Positions 17,823 to 27,641 of a stretch of DNA of 64,000 nucleotides are shown here, in pieces; the stretch's first letter is position 1; every line of letters begins with the position of its first letter. A program made the position numbers and the translations under genes. This stretch comes from Thermoanaerobaculia bacterium (GTDB taxonomy: Bacteria; Acidobacteriota; Thermoanaerobaculia; Multivoradales; Multivoraceae), in contig OY761158.1 in NCBI GenBank assembly GCA_963664405.1, forward strand, positions 5,472,001-5,536,000, written 5' to 3'. The notes beneath the pieces were generated by a model that saw only the letters and a program-made list of their open reading frames with translations, made no database searches and was not told the origin of the DNA.

Positions 17823-19097
17823 GTGATGCAGAGGGCCAGAAAGAAACGCGAGGCGGGGATTGTTTTCATCCTCATCACGCTCTTCATCGACATTCTCGGG
17901 CTGGGGATCATCATCCCCATCTTGCCCGAACTGATCAAAGAATTCGTCGGCGGGACTACGGCAACCGCCGGAATCTACTACGGCGTCATTGCGTCGGTCT
18001 ACGCTCTGATGCAGTTCTTCTTCGCGCCGATTCTCGGGGGGCTGTCCGACCGATTCGGGCGCCGGCCGGTGATCTTGTTCTCTCTCTTCGGTCTGGGCGT
18101 CGACTACCTGATCCAGGGCTTCGCTCCGACCCTTGGCTGGCTCTTTGTCGGCCGCATCGTGGCCGGCATCATGGGTGCGAGCTTCACGACGGCGAACGCC
18201 TATATCGCCGATATCTCGACGGCGGAGACGCGCGCCCAGAACTATGGTCTTGTCGGTGTTGCCTTTGGCCTCGGTTTTATTTTCGGTCCGGCGTTGGGAG
18301 GGTTGCTCGGCGGCATCAATCTTCGCTTGCCGTTCTTCGTTGCGGCGCTGCTGGCCTTCATCAACTGGCTCTATGGCTTTTTCGTCCTGCCCGAGTCTCT
18401 CGCGGAGGAGAACCGTAGCTCGTTCTCGCTACGGAAGGCGAACCCGCTTGGAAGTATCGGCTTGCTGCGGTCTTATCCGCTGGTTGCCGGGCTCGCCGTC
18501 GCCTTTCTCTTTCTTGCCCTGGCTCAGCGGGGTCTCGAGAATGTGTGGGTGCTCTACACCGGCCATCGCTTCGGTTGGGATGAGCAGACCAACGGGTTGA
18601 CCCTTGCTCTGGTGGGTTTGATGGCGGCCATCGTGCAGGGAGGGTTGATCCGTCCGACCGTCCGGCGTCTCGGCGAGAGACGCACCATTGTTCTGGGTTT
18701 GTCGATCGCCTGCTTCAGCTTTCTCTGTTACGGGCTCGCCTACCAGGGCTGGATGTTGCTCGGAACGATCGTCTTCGGATCGCTGGGAGGTCTTGCCGGT
18801 CCTTCGATCCAAGGCTTGGTGGCGGGAGCGGTGAAGCCTTCTGAGCAGGGAAGGGTGCAGGGAGCGCTCACCTCTCTCATGAGTGCCACCAGTATCTTCG
18901 CGCCGTTGATCTTTACCACCGGCCTGTTCAGCTACTTCACTTCGGAGAGAGCGGCCTGGGAGCTTCCTGGCGCGCCGTTCTTTCTCGGTGCGCTGCTAAA
19001 CTGCATCGCCCTTCTGCTCTTGATCCGGCTGTTTCGGCGTCACCCTGAGGAGCTTGCCGCATCCGAGCCCGACGGCGAGAGAGCGTTAGCGGAATAA
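17823..19097 (+). CDS. TCR/Tet-family MFS efflux transporter
   Basis: GGLSDRFGRRPV, GRIVAGIMGAS, GFIFGPALGG, LPESL motifs; about 12 TM. Confidence 0.92.
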   Translation: MMQRARKKREAGIVFILITLFIDILGLGIIIPILPELIKEFVGGTTATAGIYYGVIASVYALMQFFFAPILGGLSDRFGRRPVILFSLFGLGVDYLIQGFAPTLGWLFVGRIVAGIMGASFTTANAYIADISTAETRAQNYGLVGVAFGLGFIFGPALGGLLGGINLRLPFFVAALLAFINWLYGFFVLPESLAEENRSSFSLRKANPLGSIGLLRSYPLVAGLAVAFLFLALAQRGLENVWVLYTGHRFGWDEQTNGLTLALVGLMAAIVQGGLIRPTVRRLGERRTIVLGLSIACFSFLCYGLAYQGWMLLGTIVFGSLGGLAGPSIQGLVAGAVKPSEQGRVQGALTSLMSATSIFAPLIFTTGLFSYFTSERAAWELPGAPFFLGALLNCIALLLLIRLFRRHPEELAASEPDGERALAE

Positions 19098-19151
19098 TAG
19101 TTGCGGGCGCGCCCTTGAATGTGGCAGGGCGGTCCGCCGCCTGATTGCACC

Positions 19152-21746
19152 ATGCTGTTAAAGCCCTCTCAGCCGAGCGTCTCCATTCGGGGGGGCCGTC
19201 GCTTCCCTTCTTTCCCGATTGGAGCCTGGTTACTCGTAATCTCGGCCGGGGCGGCACTAGCCCTCTCTGCTCAGCGGCTGCAGGAGCAGGGGCCGGTGAC
19301 TGACGAGCAGGTCGAGGTCGAAGAGGCGACTTTGGTCAAGCCTGTGCCTCTCAGCGACGAGCACCGCGATTGGCTGGAGAGTGTGAGCGGCTTCATCAGC
19401 CGCGCAGAGCGCGAGTTCTTTCTCGCCATCCAACAGGACTACCGCCGCGATGCGTTCATCGCCGAGTTCTGGGATGTGCGCGACCCCGACCCCACGACGC
19501 GTCTGAACGAGCTCTATGTACGCTGGAAGGAGTACGTCGCGGAGGCGGCGATCTACTTTGGCTTCAACGACGGCCGGGCCGTCGCTTTCATCCTCAACGG
19601 TCCTCCAGGGCGTTTTCGGCTCGCCGACGGACGCGAGGTCGGGCGCTGCTACTCCCGGTCGAAAGAGCTCGAGATTTGGTTTTACGGCGCCAGCGAGAGG
19701 ACGGAGGAGAGCTTCCCGATAATTTTCTTGAAGCGGGGTAGCCGGCGCCCTTACTCGGCCTGGCTTCCCGGCGAAAATTTTCACGCGGTGCAGAGGAGCG
19801 GTGGCCTGCCATCGACCAACATTCGCGAGCTCTGCGCAGACGAGCTGTTGCCTGTCGCCCTCGCCTTCATCCGTCGCGACAACGGTTACGACCTTCTTCT
19901 CGACGAAGTGCTTTCTCCCCCCGAGCCGCCACTGGAGTGGTTGTCTACCTTCGCCGGTGACACCACCGACGTACCGCGAGGGGCGGAGACTTTCGCCGCT
20001 GACCTCGAGCTCGATTACCCGGGGCGCAACCAGAATCGAACTGCGCTCCAGGCAGTGATTGCTGTCTCTCGCTCGGAGGCCGTCGCGCGCGACTTCGACG
20101 GCGAGCTACGCCACCACTTCGTCGTGGTGGGCGAAGTGGTCCGGGATGGCTCGCTATTCGAGACCTTTCGTTATCGCTACGAGCTTGCGGTTGCCGAAGA
20201 GGTGGACCTCATCCCGCTGGTCTTTACGCGATATCTGAGGAGCGGCCCTGTCAGCCTCAACCTTCGAGTCGAAGACGTATACGGCGGGCGTTTCGCACGG
20301 CTTAGTGAAGAGGTCGACATTCCGACCGCTGAAGGGCTCGCCTCGATTCGCCGCCGTCCGGACTCGGGAGTCTTCAAGCTCCTGGCGGAGGCCGCGGAAG
20401 CGGCTGCTCGCGGCGAGCGCACGCTCAGGCTGGTGCCGCCGGAGGAGGGCAGCATCCAGGTCGGAATGACCCGGTTCGAGACCCGTGCCGTTGGCGACTT
20501 CGATCAGGTCACCTTCTTTCTCAACGAGAAACCGATCCTCACCAAGAGACGGCCTCCCTACAGCGTCGAGCTCAACCTCGGAACCATCCCCGCCACTCAC
20601 CAGTTACGCGCGGTCGGCTTCGAAGCGGGGTCTGAGGTCGCCATGGATGAATTGCGCATCAACCAGGGCGGCCAGCGTTTTCGGGTCCACATAACCGAGC
20701 CACGGGGCGACCTGAGCTACGAGCAAAGCGTGACGACAGTGGTGCAGGTCGACACGCCCGATCAGCTGCCGATCGAGAGGCTCGAGATCTTCCTCGACGA
20801 AGAGCGCGTCGCGACTCTCTACCAACCCCCCTTCGTTCAAAGTCTGCTTCTGCCCGGGCCCCAGCTCGCCTACGTCAGGGCTGTCGCTTATCTCGAGGAC
20901 GGCAGCTCGACAGAAGACGTCCAGTTCATCAACGCGCCGGACTACATGGAAGAGATCGAAGTGCAGTATGTCGAGCTGCATACTCTGGTTGTCGATCATG
21001 CCGGTCGCCCGATTCTCGATCTCGAAGAGAGCTCCTTTCGTGCCTTCGAAGATGGGCAGGAACAGACCATCAGGCGCTTCGAGTACGTACGAAACCTGCC
21101 GATCCATGCCGGACTGCTCCTCGACACCTCCGCTTCTATGAAAGAGAGTCTCGGCACGGTTTCCGACGCTGCGCTCTCTTTCACCCGTGCCGCGATCGAG
21201 GAGAAGGACCGTATCTGCGTCATCTCGTTTGCTAGTCAGCCGGAGATCGCGGTTCGTTTCACCAACCAGACTACTGAAGTCGAGCGCGCGCTGGCGGGTC
21301 TCGAGGCACGAGGAAGCACCGCGCTTTACGACAGCCTGGTCTACGCACTGACGTATTTTGACGGCGTCCGCGGGCAGAAGGCCCTGCTGCTGCTTTCCGA
21401 CGGCAAAGACGAAGCCAGCTCTTTCACCTTCGAGCAGGCGGTCGAGGTCGCTCGTAGATCCGGCGTGATCGTCTATGCGATCGGTCTTCGCGAGGCATTC
21501 AAGGAGAAGGCGAATCGCAAGGTTCTGCAGCGAATCTCACGGGAGACCGGGGGCGAGGCGTACTTTCTCGGAAGTCTGGAGGAGCTTCCCGAGGTCTACG
21601 CCACGATTCAGAAAGAGCTCCGCTCGCGGTACCTCCTGACCTACCAGTCCACCAGCAGCAAGGACCCCTCCGAGTTCCGGGGGGTGCGGGTCGAAGTCGA
21701 CGTCAAGGGTGCCGAAGCCAGGAGCATGAGCGGCTACTACCCCTGA
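19152..21746 (+). CDS. Exported GWxTD-like domain + Ig-like + VWA domain protein (acidobacterial type)
   Basis: AEREFFL..FIAEFWDVRDPDPTTRLNE; VWA MIDAS LLLDTSASM, STALYDS, LLSDGKD; start uncertain. Confidence 0.8.
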   Translation: MLLKPSQPSVSIRGGRRFPSFPIGAWLLVISAGAALALSAQRLQEQGPVTDEQVEVEEATLVKPVPLSDEHRDWLESVSGFISRAEREFFLAIQQDYRRDAFIAEFWDVRDPDPTTRLNELYVRWKEYVAEAAIYFGFNDGRAVAFILNGPPGRFRLADGREVGRCYSRSKELEIWFYGASERTEESFPIIFLKRGSRRPYSAWLPGENFHAVQRSGGLPSTNIRELCADELLPVALAFIRRDNGYDLLLDEVLSPPEPPLEWLSTFAGDTTDVPRGAETFAADLELDYPGRNQNRTALQAVIAVSRSEAVARDFDGELRHHFVVVGEVVRDGSLFETFRYRYELAVAEEVDLIPLVFTRYLRSGPVSLNLRVEDVYGGRFARLSEEVDIPTAEGLASIRRRPDSGVFKLLAEAAEAAARGERTLRLVPPEEGSIQVGMTRFETRAVGDFDQVTFFLNEKPILTKRRPPYSVELNLGTIPATHQLRAVGFEAGSEVAMDELRINQGGQRFRVHITEPRGDLSYEQSVTTVVQVDTPDQLPIERLEIFLDEERVATLYQPPFVQSLLLPGPQLAYVRAVAYLEDGSSTEDVQFINAPDYMEEIEVQYVELHTLVVDHAGRPILDLEESSFRAFEDGQEQTIRRFEYVRNLPIHAGLLLDTSASMKESLGTVSDAALSFTRAAIEEKDRICVISFASQPEIAVRFTNQTTEVERALAGLEARGSTALYDSLVYALTYFDGVRGQKALLLLSDGKDEASSFTFEQAVEVARRSGVIVYAIGLREAFKEKANRKVLQRISRETGGEAYFLGSLEELPEVYATIQKELRSRYLLTYQSTSSKDPSEFRGVRVEVDVKGAEARSMSGYYP

Positions 21747-21862
21747 CCGGCCACGGGCTCGTAGCTGGGGCCTCAGCGCTGCTGCGGTAGCGGCAGATCG
21801 ACAGTGGGTACGGGCGGTATAGACTGCGGGGTATCGGTTGTCCAGGTTGGAAATCAAAGGGA

Positions 21863-22028
21863 CTAGACCAGCGTTTCCAAAATTCGTGTGCAATAGCTCG
21901 AGGTCATTCTGTTCGCTGGCCAGGCGCGCCGACGCAGGCATATTGGGCAATATGTCGAGGAGGCGAAACGCCGCCAGCGGACAGAAGGGGCCGAGATATG
22001 TGCGCGAACTTTGGAAACGCTGGTCTAG
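21863..22028. mobile_element. 162-bp palindromic MITE, copy 1 (CTAG at both ends)
   Basis: TIR ACCAGCGTTTCCAAA(A/G)TTCG; CTAG at 21863 and 22025; near-identical to copies at 35007 and 59561. Confidence 0.9.
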
Positions 22029-22031
22029 TGT

Positions 22032-22946
22032 ATGAAAGAGATGATGGGTTACGTGACACTCACTTTGCTCGCGGTACCTGGATTCGCCGTCGATGCTGTC
22101 GATGTGTGGGACGAGGTCGACCATCATTGGGCGAAGAATGGTGACCTCAAGATTCACTACACGACCCTCGGCGAAGGGAAGCCGGTGCTCTTCATTCACG
22201 GCTTTCCCGATATCTGGTACTCGTGGCGACATCAGATGGCGACGTTGTCGGGCGATTTCCAGACCGCCGCCATGGATCTTCGCGGCTATAACCAGAGTAG
22301 CCAGCCGGAAGGGGTCGAGAACTACCAGATGTCCAAGATCCTCACCGATGTCGAGGCCGTGATCGACGATCTGGGGGCGGACAAGGTGACCCTCGTCGGT
22401 CACGACTGGGGTGGTGCTATCGCCTGGCAGTTCGCGATAGAGAACCCAGAGCGGATCGAGCACCTGGTGATCCTCAACCTCACCCACCCTAGGGGCTATT
22501 CGAGCGTCGTTGCCAATCCGAGCCCCGAGCAGAAACAGAATGTCGAGTATGCGCGTCGCTTCGCTTCGTCACCACCGGATGGCAGCCCTATTCCTGCCGG
22601 TATCCTCGCCATTGGCGAGCGAAGTGGGGGACCGGTGGTCGGCGCTCACTATCGAGAGGCTCTGGGGCGATCCTCTTATGACGCCATGCTGAACTACTAC
22701 CGGGCGAACTATGGGCGACTCGCCGACGGCAAGTCGGACGAGCTACCCAATCTCCAGATGCCGGTTCTTCAGTTCCATGGCCTCAAAGACAAGGCGGTTG
22801 ATAAAGACGGCCTCAAGGATACCTGGGACTGGGTGGACAAGGACTACACCCTGGTGACGGTTCCGAGCTCAGGGCATTTCGTGCAATGGGAGGCCTCCGA
22901 GCTGGTTTCGGAGACGCTGCGACTGTGGCTGCTGGCGCGGCAGTAG
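22032..22946 (+). CDS. Alpha/beta hydrolase (epoxide hydrolase-like) with signal peptide
   Basis: HGFPD, DLRGYN, GHDWGG nucleophile elbow, SGHFVQ. Confidence 0.9.
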   Translation: MKEMMGYVTLTLLAVPGFAVDAVDVWDEVDHHWAKNGDLKIHYTTLGEGKPVLFIHGFPDIWYSWRHQMATLSGDFQTAAMDLRGYNQSSQPEGVENYQMSKILTDVEAVIDDLGADKVTLVGHDWGGAIAWQFAIENPERIEHLVILNLTHPRGYSSVVANPSPEQKQNVEYARRFASSPPDGSPIPAGILAIGERSGGPVVGAHYREALGRSSYDAMLNYYRANYGRLADGKSDELPNLQMPVLQFHGLKDKAVDKDGLKDTWDWVDKDYTLVTVPSSGHFVQWEASELVSETLRLWLLARQ

Positions 22947-22958
22947 GAGAGACACGAC

Positions 22959-24167
22959 TTGGACTTCAGCGACACTCCTGACGAGGCTAGGTTCCGCAGT
23001 CTTGCAAGGACGTGGTTGGAGGCGAACGCGCCCGCGTTCTCTGGCAGTTATTCGACGCAAGAGGAGGGGTTAGCGCGGGCCAAGGCCTGGCAGGCAGCAA
23101 AGGCTGTCGCCGGCTGGGCCTCGGTCACCTGGCCGGAGGCGTACGGGGGCCGCGGTTGCGCGCCGATGGAAGGCCTGATCTTCGAACAGGAACAGGCGCG
23201 TTTCGCCCTCCCTCAGGGCTTCGTCGTCACCGGTCCACACACCTGTGCCGGAGCGCTGCTCGCCTGTGGTAGCGAGGAGCAGAAACGCCGTCACCTTCCG
23301 CGGATCGCGAATGCGGAAGAAGTGTGGTGCCAGCTCTTTTCCGAGCCCGGCGCCGGCTCGGATCTCGCCGGGATTCGGACCCGCGCTGAGCGTGACGGAG
23401 ATGAATGGGTGGTGAATGGTCAAAAGGTGTGGAACTCGGAGGCTCACTATTCGGACCACGCGATCCTGGTTGCTCGCTCCGACCCGGATGTTGCCAAGCA
23501 CAAAGGTCTAACGTTCTTTATTGTCGACATGCTTTCGCCGGGCATCGACGTCCGGCCAATTCGGCAGATTCCGGGAACCGCGGAGTTCAACGAGGTCTTC
23601 CTGCAGAACGTGCGTATCCCCGACTCCAACCGTGTCGGTGAGGTGGGTGCCGGGTGGCAGGTGGCGGTGACCACCTTGATGAACGAGCGCTTCGGAGGGT
23701 TTTCCACACCGCCGGACGTAGCTGAGCTCTTGGCGCTCGCGAAGCAGCTGGATCTCGAGAGTGGCAGTGCATCCGCTATAGGGGCGGTCCGCGACCGTCT
23801 GGCCGATTGGTATGTCGAGTCTGAAGGTGTACGCCTAACGCAGGCTCGTCTTCTCACCGCTCTTTCGCGGGGCAAGGTGCCAGGGCCGGAGGCGTCGATC
23901 TCGAAGGTGGTGAAGGCCTCGCTGCGTCAGGAGCTTTCGTCCTTTGGCGCCGATCTGCAGGAGATGGCGGGCGTCCTGGTGGCAGAGGGCGGTGCGGCGG
24001 CAGAAGGAGTGTTTCAGCTCGGCTACCTGGGCGCCCCGGGGTCACGCATCGCCGCCGGAACCGACGAGATTCTGCGTAACATCATTGCCGAGCGCGTACT
24101 GGGGCTGCCGGGTGATATCCGGCTCGACCGTGACGTCCCGTTCACCGACATTCCGAGCGGAAGCTGA
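22959..24167 (+). CDS. Acyl-CoA dehydrogenase family protein
   Basis: WCQLFSEPGAGSDLA, NGQKVW, FNEVF, AAGTDEILRN; TTG start with AGGAG RBS. Confidence 0.92.
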   Translation: MDFSDTPDEARFRSLARTWLEANAPAFSGSYSTQEEGLARAKAWQAAKAVAGWASVTWPEAYGGRGCAPMEGLIFEQEQARFALPQGFVVTGPHTCAGALLACGSEEQKRRHLPRIANAEEVWCQLFSEPGAGSDLAGIRTRAERDGDEWVVNGQKVWNSEAHYSDHAILVARSDPDVAKHKGLTFFIVDMLSPGIDVRPIRQIPGTAEFNEVFLQNVRIPDSNRVGEVGAGWQVAVTTLMNERFGGFSTPPDVAELLALAKQLDLESGSASAIGAVRDRLADWYVESEGVRLTQARLLTALSRGKVPGPEASISKVVKASLRQELSSFGADLQEMAGVLVAEGGAAAEGVFQLGYLGAPGSRIAAGTDEILRNIIAERVLGLPGDIRLDRDVPFTDIPSGS

Positions 24168-24176
24168 TTCTCTCAG

Positions 24177-24420
24177 TCAAGCCGCTACATCTTCTTCGTC
24201 TCCGTCGGCGCTCAGCTGCCGCCTATGAAGGCGATAGAGAGCCGCGTAGGCTCCTCCCGTTTCCATCAGCTCAGAGTGGGTCCCGGTCTCGAGGACTCGG
24301 CCATCGTCCATGACCACGATCCTGTCGGCGATTCCGATGGTAGAGAAGCGATGGGAGATCAGCAGCGTTGTGCGCCCTCGTGAGAGGTCGCGAAAGCGGT
24401 CTAGTGCGATAGCAGCCGGG
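24177..24420 (-). pseudogene. C-terminal remnant of an ABC transporter ATP-binding protein
   Basis: [46 protein letters not shown] (H-loop region) with no Walker A/B upstream. Confidence 0.8.
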
Positions 24421-24424
24421 AGAT

Positions 24425-25545
24425 TCAGCCGACGAGCAGTCTTCGAGTGTTGGACATCGTATTCTGGCGCCCGACAACGGTGACGATGTCGCCGTGGCAT
24501 AGCACGGTGCTCCCCCGTACGACGTGTTGCTCGTTGCCGCGGCGGAGAGAAACGATCAGACAGTCGTCGGGTAGCGCCAGCTCGCGGACGGAGCGGCCGA
24601 CGGCCGGCGAGTCCCGGCGACTACGGACCTGGTTGAGACTCAGCTCCTCGACCTGACCCAATCCCAGGATCTCGGCGCGCTGCAGTTCCTGGCCGCGCCG
24701 AGACAGGGCGTGGTTGTAGGCGCGCACCACGTCGTTGCGTCGGACGATACCGATCGGGACTTTCGATCCCTGCTCCACCACAGGAATCCGATTCACGTCG
24801 CGGAGGCCGAGACGGCGCAGCGCCGTGCCGATCGACTCCTCGGGACGGGCCACGAGGATGTCGCCCAGGGTGGCGATGCCGGCCACGGTGACGCCTTCGA
24901 TCTGCGAAGCAGCGACGGCCCGGTCAAGATCCGAGATGCTGACCATTCCCTCGAGCTCTCCGTCGTCGTTCACAATCGCGAAGGACTGGATCCGGGTGCG
25001 GGCGAACTCCTCGGCCAGATCAGCGACAGGCATGGAAGCCGAGACGGTCGAGAAGTCGGTCGTCATGATCTCGCCTACCGAGACGGTCTGCAACACGTCG
25101 ACATCGCGCCCCTTTTCCAGCCGGACGCCGCGGCGGCTGAGCTTGAGAGTGTAGATCGAATCGCTACTGAGCACCGTCGAAAGCAAGGTGCTGGTGACGG
25201 TCGCCAACATGAGCGGCAGGATGATGCGGTATCGCCGGTCATTTCAAAGAGGATCAGGATCGCCGTGACCGGTGCGTGGGCCGCGTCGCTGAAGAAGGCC
25301 GCCATGCCGACGAGTGCGTAGGCACCCGATGGACCTGCGATGGAGGGGAAGAAGTTGTTGACGAGATCGCCGAAGGTCGCACCCAGCATCGAGCCCATGA
25401 AGAGCGAGGGCGCGAAGACACCGCCTGAGCCCCCCGAGCCCAGGGTGATCGAGGTGGCGAGCATCTTGAGTACGAGAAGGGTCAGGGTCACCTGAATCGT
25501 CAGTTTCCCGAGCAGTGCATCCGAGATCGATTCGTAGCCGACGCA
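24425..25545 (-). pseudogene. ClC chloride channel with CBS and RCK-C domains; 5'-truncated and frameshifted near 25230
   Basis: GYE, GSGGSGGVFAPSLFMG, HAPVTAILILFEMTGD in one frame; RIILPLMLA, CBS pair and RCK-C in another; N-terminal half missing. Confidence 0.85.
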
Positions 25546-25552
25546 CTACTCT

Positions 25553-25936
25553 CTAAGTGACTGCCCTCACCAAGCCGATGATCGCGCCGATCAAGAGCAC
25601 ATAACTCGGGGGCGCGGACAGGATCGCGCCCAGAGCGCGCTTGTCAGCGGCAGCGCGATAACCAAAAAAGTAGACGATCCGCCCGACGACGAAGATGACA
25701 CCGATTCCGGCCGCCCAGGACTGGCTGACGTAGCGGGCGAATCCGTAGATCGACGGGATGAAGACGATGAGCTGCTCCAGCGTGTTGACGTGGATCCGAT
25801 AGAGCCGCTCCCACTCCGGGTGCCCGGTCGTCGCGGGGGCCGCCACGCCGTACTTACTTCTGGTGCCACCCACAAAGGCTCCGAACACGACGTACTCCAC
25901 CAGCGCAACAAACACGACCAGATGCACATAGTCCAA
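25553..25936 (-). CDS. MAPEG family membrane protein
   Basis: RSKYGVAAPATTGHPEWERLYRIHVNTLEQ, GRIVYFFGY. Confidence 0.9.
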   Translation of the reverse strand: MDYVHLVVFVALVEYVVFGAFVGGTRSKYGVAAPATTGHPEWERLYRIHVNTLEQLIVFIPSIYGFARYVSQSWAAGIGVIFVVGRIVYFFGYRAAADKRALGAILSAPPSYVLLIGAIIGLVRAVT

Positions 25937-26087
25937 AGCTCATCCTCCAAAGTCGCCGCGAGGCGTCCCGACGAACGTGGCGGGACCGACCCGGCGAGTG
26001 GGGACAGATTACACCGAACCGGTTGTTCACGACACGAGCCCCTTCGATCAAGCCAACGCTCCCGGGGCTTATCGGGATTCAACTAAT

Positions 26088-26195
26088 TTGCGAGTACTGT
26101 TCTTCCGCCGAAGGCAGGAAACGCAGATGGAAGAGGAGCTGCGCTTCCATTTAGAATAAGAGACGGATCTTCTCCGCGAGGCGGGGCTGCGCCCC
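26088..26195 (+). pseudogene. Remnant of an ADOP/ABC permease N-terminal prefix domain
   Basis: LRVLFFRRRQETQMEEELRFHLE*ETDLLREAGL with an internal TAA and no downstream permease. Confidence 0.65.
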
Positions 26196-26218
26196 CGACT
26201 AGGTTTCGATATCGCGAA

Positions 26219-27559
26219 TCAGGATACGGGCGCCTCCGGCGGGAGAGATCTCGACCGTCGCACGAGCCACACTACAAAGATGGTGTTCCCAACCACCGAG
26301 AGCAGATAGCTGCCGAGAGTCGCCCACACCGCACCTTCGATCCCGTAGACAGGGATCAACCACCGGTTACCGACGACATTGAGTCCCCCGACCAGGAGGG
26401 TGAGGCCGGAGGCTCGTTTGAAGAAGCCTCGGCCGATCCACTGCGATGCCATCAAATTGGTGAAGGTCATGGCGACGACACTTGCCACCAGCAGCCGGAA
26501 AACGGGCACCGCGGGGCCGAAGTCGTCACCGGCGACCACTCTGATCCCCCAGGGCGCAAGGAGCGCAGCAAGCGCGGCGAGGGCGGCCATCGTCGGTAGA
26601 AGGATGGCGAGCAGCCGCAGCTGGGCGGGCCAGGCGGCATCGGCGCCCAGGCGTGTGACTCGGGAGTAAGACACTTGAGCGCCGCCGAAGGGAAGGACCA
26701 TGAGCACCATCAGGAGCTGCGCCGCGAGCTGATAGAAGGCGGCCTGGCTCGCACCGAGATAGTAGGTGATCATCAAGATGTCGATCCCGGTCAGGAGAAA
26801 GGGGCCCAGGACGTTGGCGTGGAGCTTGACTCCGTCTCGTGCAAGCCCGCTGAGCGTGCTCATGTCGAAAGTGGGACGAGCACTGCGCCATAGTCCGCGG
26901 ATGCCGAAGAGAGAGGTGATCGCCTGCGCTACAGCCGCGGCGACGAGTGCGCCGACGACTCCCAGGTCCAAAATGACGACCAGGAGGACAATGCCGACCA
27001 GACCGGCACTTCGGCCCAGGATCTGTCCCCAGTTGTAGGTGCGGAGCCGATCGGTGGCGATGAGTAAGGAGCTTGCGTACTGCTCCCAGAACAGGAAGGG
27101 CAGGAGGAGGCCGCCACAGGCAAGCAGTGCGAACGGTATGGGGTCGAAAAGAGCCCCGCCGCTGGCGCTGTAGAGGACGGTGGCGGTCACCGCGCCCACG
27201 GCAGTGAGGGCAGCGGTCGCGGCGAGAAGCGAGCCGAAGGTCGGAGCGAGCCAAGAAGTACTCTGGCTCGTCGCTGCTCGATGCATCGCGACCTGGCCCA
27301 TGCTGAGGTGCCCGAAGTTAGCGAAGAGGTTCATCCAAGTGACGACGGCTACAAAAGCGCCACGGCCTTCCGGTCCCAGCCAGCGAGTGGAGATGGCGAG
27401 CACCCCGAACTGCGCCACCAGTGCGTAGAGGCGTGCTCCGCTGCTGTGGGCGAGGATCCCCCAGAGGCTGGTGAGGGACGCAGGGGAGGATGGCGATGGC
27501 GGCAACGAGGTGTCGGGGCTGCGCGGCCTCGGACTCTTCACCTGATCACTTGGGTGCAT
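26219..27559 (-). CDS. Oligosaccharide flippase (Wzx/MOP superfamily)
   Basis: STRWLGPEGRG, LIPVYGIEGAVWAT; about 12 TM; start uncertain. Confidence 0.82.
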   Translation of the reverse strand: MHPSDQVKSPRPRSPDTSLPPSPSSPASLTSLWGILAHSSGARLYALVAQFGVLAISTRWLGPEGRGAFVAVVTWMNLFANFGHLSMGQVAMHRAATSQSTSWLAPTFGSLLAATAALTAVGAVTATVLYSASGGALFDPIPFALLACGGLLLPFLFWEQYASSLLIATDRLRTYNWGQILGRSAGLVGIVLLVVILDLGVVGALVAAAVAQAITSLFGIRGLWRSARPTFDMSTLSGLARDGVKLHANVLGPFLLTGIDILMITYYLGASQAAFYQLAAQLLMVLMVLPFGGAQVSYSRVTRLGADAAWPAQLRLLAILLPTMAALAALAALLAPWGIRVVAGDDFGPAVPVFRLLVASVVAMTFTNLMASQWIGRGFFKRASGLTLLVGGLNVVGNRWLIPVYGIEGAVWATLGSYLLSVVGNTIFVVWLVRRSRSLPPEAPVS

Positions 27560-27641
27560 ATCGCTGCGTTGCCACCGGCAAGGTATCACGGCTTCCGGCG
27601 GCCATCCTCGGCCGCGCTGCGCGTGAAAAGATCTCGCCGCC

